Shown in pieces: positions 58,474 to 64,000 of a DNA stretch of 64,000 bases (position 1 is its first letter; each line of letters opens with the position of its first letter). Origin of the DNA: Entomortierella parvispora E1425 (Eukaryota > Fungi > Mortierellomycota). Under the pieces are notes generated by a model. It was not told where the DNA came from. It did not search any database and saw nothing but the letters and a program-made list of their open reading frames with translations. The DNA is taken from the NCBI GenBank assembly GCA_020891255.1, contig BQFW01000009.1, forward strand, positions 682,001 through 746,000, given 5' to 3'. Made by a program: the position numbers and the translations under genes.

Positions 58474-60579
58474 ATGTCCTTCGCTGCCCTTCGCTCTCCT
58501 TTGGCCGCCGTCGCCCGTCGCGCCGCCGCCACCTCCACCGTCCGCTTCGGAGCCCGCGCCTACTCTTCCCAGGCTGCTGCCCCCTCCGGTGGCGCCGGCA
58601 AGTCCTTGGTCATTGCTGCGCTCGCCGCCGGTGCCGGTGCTGCCGGTTACCACTTCTACCTCGAGAACGAGAGTAAGTCATCTCATCAACATGATGTCGT
58701 GTGTGTGTGTGCGTCCGGGAGCCTGGCTTTATACCCAGATAGGCAACTGCAACTGCGCAGACCCTAGCTAAAAACCTAGGACGATCGAGTCCCATAGAGA
58801 AGACAAGTGTGTCCTTTTCTGCGTTCTCTATTGTTGGCCGTGCAGTCCTTGGGTCCCTGATCTGCTCTGCTGGTGTTGTTGTTGTTTTCATCGCTGCTGT
58901 TTTTTTGTTGTGGTGGTTTGTCTTTCCCTTTTTTTTCAAGGCGGTCCCTTGCCGCTTTTTTTTTGCATGTGCCACTTTGGCGGGCACCAGCGAATTACAT
59001 TCTTCGTCTTTCGGGCAACGGAGAAAGTTTATTTTCTTTTGTTCCGTGTGTCTTTTATTCTCTTGACTTCTCTGTGTGCGTTACCCTTGGTGTGGCCCTC
59101 CTTCTCTTATTGTCTTTACACCCTGGGGTTTGGGGTCTTTGCTGCGCGGCCACTTTTGGGGGAGGGAGAGGAGAGTGGCGACCAACGTCTCCCTGTCTGA
59201 CTGACTGACTTGCGAGGGCCAGGTGCCTTGGAGAAGGGAGCACTGTGCACAGAGATGGCACCTGTGTGCGAATCTAGCGCGATAAAATGCATTGAGCAAG
59301 AACAAAAAAGACTTGTGTTCTCTTCTTGGTTCCGTCTCGGAAAACCTTATTCCCACCGATCGGAATCCCTCATCTCTTCCTCTCGAGTGCTCTCTGCTGC
59401 AGTCCGCGACTGGGACTGGGACTGGGAGACTGAGGAACCAGGGATCGTTCCTTCGGATCGTAGATCGAGCTGCTTGGTCATACTATGGAGGGTCGCGGGC
59501 GGATCACGCTTGGGGGGTCAAATAAGAAACACCAAGAATCCCTTTTCCATCTTCAACTAACCTGACCGACCTCCATTTTTATTATGTTCCTTTAGAGTCA
59601 TCTCTTCCTAAGGTCGTTGCCGCTGTCGCCACCGAGAAGCCCAAAGAGCCCCTCGACTACCAGAAGGTCTACAACGCCATTGCTGCCATCATTGAGGATG
59701 AGAACTACGACGATGGCTCCTACGGCCCCGTCTTCCTCCGTCTCGCTTGGCACGCCTCGGGCACCTATGACAAGGCTACCAAGGACGGTGGCTCCAACTT
59801 TGCCACCATGCGCTTCAAGCCCGAGGCTGGCCATGGTGCCAACGCTGGTTTGGGAATTGCCCGCGAGCGTTTGAACCGTGTCAAGGATCAGTTCCCCGAG
59901 ATCTCTTACGGTGATCTCTGGACCTTGGCTGGTGTTTGCGCCATTCAGGAGTTGGTACGTGAATATTGAGAAACCGACTTGGATGGTTATGAAGGATTCA
60001 AAGTCTTGACGCACAGAAGCACAATGTCTAATCTTTTCCCAATGTTTTATTTTATAGGGTGGTCCCATTGTCAACTGGAGAGCTGGACGTGTTGATGGTG
60101 AGGAGGACCAGTCTCCCCCAGATGGTCGTCTTCCCGATGCTGCCAGACCCGATCCCCAGCACTCTCGCGATATCTTCTACAAGATGGGCTTCAACGACCA
60201 GGAGATCGTCGCTCTTCTCGGTGCTCACGCTTTGGGACGCTGCCACACCGACCGTTCCGGATTCGATGGTCCCTGGACCGCCTCCCCCACTGTCTTCACC
60301 AACGCTTTCTACACTGAGCTCTTGGGTCGCAAGTGGGTTGAGCGCAAGTGGGCTGGTCCCAAGCAGTTTGAGGACAAGGAGTCCAAGTCCCTTATGATGT
60401 TGCCTGCCGATATGGCCATGGTCAAGGACAAGGAGTTCCGCAAGTGGGTCGAGATCTACGCCAAGGATGAGCAGAAGTTCTTCGGCGACTTTGCCAAGGC
60501 TGCCCAGAAGCTCTTCGAGCTCGGTGTCAAGTTTGATGACAACGCCAAGGTCTACCAGTTCAAGCCCACCAACGCTTAA
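58474..60579 (+). CDS. CCP1: Mitochondrial cytochrome c peroxidase (class I heme peroxidase), 3 exons
   Basis: Mitochondrial leader; [23 protein letters not shown]; HGANAGL; GRLPDA; [29 protein letters not shown]; LMMLPADMA. Introns at 58673-59595 and about 59955-60057. Confidence 0.96.
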
Positions 60580-61390
60580 GCGAGGATCTCGCACCACTAC
60601 CTCACATCAAGACCAAAACAAATCCCGAATACCCTTTCCTCTTTTGCGCAAGCTTTCTTTTTTTCATGAACTCCCAAAAAAAATGCATCTCGCAGGCAAC
60701 TCGCATTCTAGACAGCCTGGAGACTGTCTGCCTTTTATCAAATAAAAAACCCCCCGAACTGATATTTATTCAATCCTCAATAAGCAGGATGCTGGATCGG
60801 CTTTCGAGCCACAGCACTGGCAATAGAACAAAGACCCTCCTGTAAGCGAGATCTCGTCCACCACAACTTTTAGACCCAAGTCTTAAGATCGTACCCGCTT
60901 CCGTTTTTGTTGCAGGAACTAAATCATAATAATCAAGTCAAATTGTTCATCCCAGATCCTGTCTTGCTGCGCAGCATTGAAGGCTAGGAGTTCTTTGTGC
61001 TGAGTTGTGAGAACGAGCATTGGCAGGTTCAGATTCCTGTTCCGCCTGCGTGGTTTCATGAGGTCACCCATCAAATGAATCATGAGGTGGGTCCTGCGCG
61101 ATCCAGAGCCTGGCCCGTGGTCGCATCCAACTTTTTCCCACGACTGTTGATATCCTGGAGTAGAAAGATCTGCGCTTACTTCTTTTTTTCGTGAACAAAA
61201 CGGCCTCTCTTGTCAACTGAAGAGTCCATTCCCATGCGTCCAATACCGACCAACTCCCAAAACAGTACGTTCAGCCTTTGGGCGCCTTGATATTGGTGGC
61301 GTTTTTTTTTTTTTTTTTTTTTTTTTTTGGCAACACGCGCGGCGCCTGAATTTATTCATAGCTAGGATGGCTTCCTTTTCTCTTTTTTCC

Positions 61391-63211
61391 CTACCACCAG
61401 TCGAATGACTCCCAGTGACGAACATCATCGAAACTGTGATATTGTAAATCGCCGATATGGACCCAGTGTCCTCGATCTGCCCAAAAGGATTCTCTCTGCT
61501 CTTTCCCGTAGACTGGCCAATTCTCTTTCATCCATTCCAGCTCTTCGACCTCTTGTCCATGCTGCATCCTGTGCAAGTTCATCCGCCTCATCGACTTGAG
61601 GTTTTTCAGTTGATCCAATCCATCCTCTAGGGTCATGGTTAAGCACTCGTATTGTACCCCCCGCTGAATAGCGCATGTAATGTCATCCCCGTCGTCGTCA
61701 CTGTCGTAGTACTCTTCATCATCCCAGTCTTCTGAATAAATACTGTCTTGCCCAAGCGTAATCTCTCGCAACTGGGTCAACTGAGCCAATTGGGCCAAAA
61801 CCTTGCGTTGGATCTCTTGACTCTGTGCCTTTGAATAAACATCTGGGTCATGAAGATCGCCGTAGAGACGCCTGTTGTTGGTCCTTTTTTGAAGATCGGG
61901 CCGAGGAATCCCTTCAATCATACACTTGAACGACTCTAGCTTAGAACAAACCCAGCCTTGACTCGACCCGATAATGTCCCCAGCCGAGAGCATGGCCGGA
62001 TTCGATTCACGTCCTCGACTAGGGATGGTGTCGAATCGCTTGAGGTTGGGGGCTGAGCAGAGTAGCTTTTGGATCGCGACGCTGGAAAGAGTGGGGTTTA
62101 GAGCAACGACCCGTACATTTTCCAATGTCGCAGCGTGTTGTAGAAGCGCGTCCACCACTTGGGATCCGATCGTCCCGTAAATGCAGCCACTTAATCCCAC
62201 TGTCTTCCAGCCTTTGGGACTGCCTTGAGAGATCAGTCGGAGCAAACAGGTGTTCTCCAGGTCATCTCGAAACACAGAGTCCACAAGACTTAAATCTTCT
62301 AAAGACAAAGGACGACGGTTCATCAAGATTTCGCAGAGAATTCTTAAATCCGCCCCATCACCGGCCACCGTCAGGCTACGCAAGTTCTCGAGGGATGTCG
62401 CAGGCTTAGGCCAGCGTGAGACCCGGTCTAACAAGGCATCTCTCTCCTCTCCTGTCATCCAAGGAATACGTGAATCGATCGCGAACATGTAGCTGTTACC
62501 CACGTTGTCAATGACTCTTAATTGCTCGAGACTTGCTGGAAGTGCTGTCCAAAGTCGAGCCTCATCCTCGAATTGCCCTTTTTGCCTCAGAGGCAACACT
62601 GCTGTGGTAAACTTCACGAGTTGTGTAGATCGTGCGAGAACGTCGAGCAGTGGATCCAGGTGGATAGACGATTGTATAGGAAGACTGTGCGTTGAATAGA
62701 GTGACAACGGCATTGAGTACCGTGAACGCGGGACCATTCGACCAAAACTATCTGTCACTTGATCTGGAGGGGGTGGTCGAGGCGGGTCATCCCCAAAGTG
62801 AACAAAGAGCTCCTCGATGAGCAAGGCATTCTCTTTTGGGACGATTTGTGCCTGACCATCATCGTTGACCTCTTTGTCCTCTTGTCCTGCTTCTTTGGTA
62901 GTTTCGGCAAGGAGAAATGCATCCAGTGTTCTTGTGTAGAGGACCTTCAAGACTCGAATCCGATGGACGTTCCGGGCTAGAGACACGGGACCGTCGGTAG
63001 AACCAGGACCGTAGGCATCATTGAAGTAGTGAAAGGAGAACAGGTTCTGGATCTCGACTGTGTGCCAGATTCGGTCAATGAGCTGCTCATACCATGCCCT
63101 GTTGACGCGGACGCAGACTGTGAGATCGTGCTTGCAAAGGGAACCGAGCACCATTTCCAGACTTTCAGGCGTGAGATCAAATAGACCTCGGGGTCCATCA
63201 TGGCACGCCAT
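61391..63211 (-). CDS. F-box-like/RNI-like LRR protein (606 aa)
   Basis: LFDLTPESLEMVLGSLCKHDLTVCVRVNRAWYEQLIDRIWHTVEI; WVCSKLESFKC; VLAQLAQLTQLREITLG; CLTMTLEDGLDQLKNLKSM; ELEWMKENWP. Confidence 0.85.
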   Translation of the reverse strand: MACHDGPRGLFDLTPESLEMVLGSLCKHDLTVCVRVNRAWYEQLIDRIWHTVEIQNLFSFHYFNDAYGPGSTDGPVSLARNVHRIRVLKVLYTRTLDAFLLAETTKEAGQEDKEVNDDGQAQIVPKENALLIEELFVHFGDDPPRPPPPDQVTDSFGRMVPRSRYSMPLSLYSTHSLPIQSSIHLDPLLDVLARSTQLVKFTTAVLPLRQKGQFEDEARLWTALPASLEQLRVIDNVGNSYMFAIDSRIPWMTGEERDALLDRVSRWPKPATSLENLRSLTVAGDGADLRILCEILMNRRPLSLEDLSLVDSVFRDDLENTCLLRLISQGSPKGWKTVGLSGCIYGTIGSQVVDALLQHAATLENVRVVALNPTLSSVAIQKLLCSAPNLKRFDTIPSRGRESNPAMLSAGDIIGSSQGWVCSKLESFKCMIEGIPRPDLQKRTNNRRLYGDLHDPDVYSKAQSQEIQRKVLAQLAQLTQLREITLGQDSIYSEDWDDEEYYDSDDDGDDITCAIQRGVQYECLTMTLEDGLDQLKNLKSMRRMNLHRMQHGQEVEELEWMKENWPVYGKEQRESFWADRGHWVHIGDLQYHSFDDVRHWESFDWW

Positions 63212-63545
63212 TATTTCCAGGGCAAAAAGTTTTGAATGAGGAGGCTAAAAAGAAGAAGAAGGAGAGAATGAGATGAAGAGGCAAGGAATGGCCAATGAGG
63301 AATGGAGATGAGGTCGACTGACAGCGCCTTTTGTTCTGTTCATTGACAAGAAAGAGCCCCACTGCAAGGCAAGGTTTAAGTTTGGTGGCAAAATCAACAA
63401 AGTCCTTCAACCAGTCAAAAGACGCTTCACAGAGAGCATCGTGCGTGAAGTGAACCACGAATTCCTGCCTTTTGCGCGTGTTCTGCCATTTGCCCACAGA
63501 TTGAACATGAGGGAAGATTCAGCCAAGATTTTACTGTGTGTGGGT

Positions 63546-64000
63546 TCATTCAATGGTACTTTTGTGGAGCGTGGGCTTTTTCTCATCCTGCTTGACTTTT
63601 TCAAGATCGTAGCTGGGTGGCAAAGCCTCCTCGTCCTCATCGGAAGAACCTGTCCGTTGGAGGACCCAAGTCTCTATATTCGCGCTTGTTCGATAAATAC
63701 CAACGTCAAAGGACGCCGCTAGTTTGAACCCAATCAAATGGAGGTTGGCCAGGATCTTTCCCTGCATCACCCGCGAATCAATGACATTTTGTGCTCCTTT
63801 TTCATACAAACTGCCCACCAGTTGAAAAAGTACCGATCCATCGTTGCCAACCCTTTCATTCAGGATTCTGATCAAGCAGCAAAAAGTTGCGAAAGAAATG
63901 AGGGTAAATGAAAAGTTTGTCTCGTTAATACAAGAAAAAGGCACCGATCGCTGATCATTGGGATTAATGGAGGCGAGAAAAACATACCCATTGCCGTCTT
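63546..64000 (-). CDS. 3' end of a hypothetical gene running in from the right edge
   Basis: Putative GT-AG intron at 63868-63987. Exon ILNERVGNDGSVLFQLVGS...SRVMQGKILANLHLIGFKLAASFDVG...ETWVLQR reads as globular protein. Confidence 0.35.
   Translation of the reverse strand, partial: DGNGYVFLASINPNDQRSVPFSCINETNFSFTLISFATFCCLIRILNERVGNDGSVLFQLVGSLYEKGAQNVIDSRVMQGKILANLHLIGFKLAASFDVGIYRTSANIETWVLQRTGSSDEDEEALPPSYDLEKVKQDEKKPTLHKSTIE

Noticed and set aside
1-64000. tRNA, rRNA, LTR/RT or intact transposase genes
   Set aside because: None recognised by eye. A tRNAscan-SE, Infernal or RepeatMasker run would be needed to exclude them.

Overview
Gene-dense, intron-containing fungal DNA. The short GT-AG introns, the retained CNOT11 and the large load of F-box/LRR-like genes point to an early-diverging fungus, most likely Mortierellaceae; this is inference, not a database result. 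Recognisable housekeeping genes: MPP10, AOS1/SAE1, VTA1, HGH1, ULP1, MPDU1, DCAF7/WDR68, mitochondrial ribosomal L1, CNOT11 and CCP1. Also present are a kelch-repeat gene, a CENP-B/Tc5-HTH protein with no DDE domain, and a probable Sld7/MTBP-like gene. They are interspersed with nine F-box/LRR-like loci (five intact, four disrupted) and two degenerate, possibly mobile-element-derived relics. The most unusual structure is a ~3.3 kb imperfect palindrome at 46452-49766 that the ORF track does not explain. Its inner 419-bp arms are ~97% identical around a 252-bp spacer, while the outer arms are recognisably homologous but much more diverged. At the equivalent position in each arm a different tandem repeat has expanded, including a 36-bp array that is open in five of six reading frames. 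All alignments and identity figures were made by eye. Spliced gene boundaries are manual predictions.
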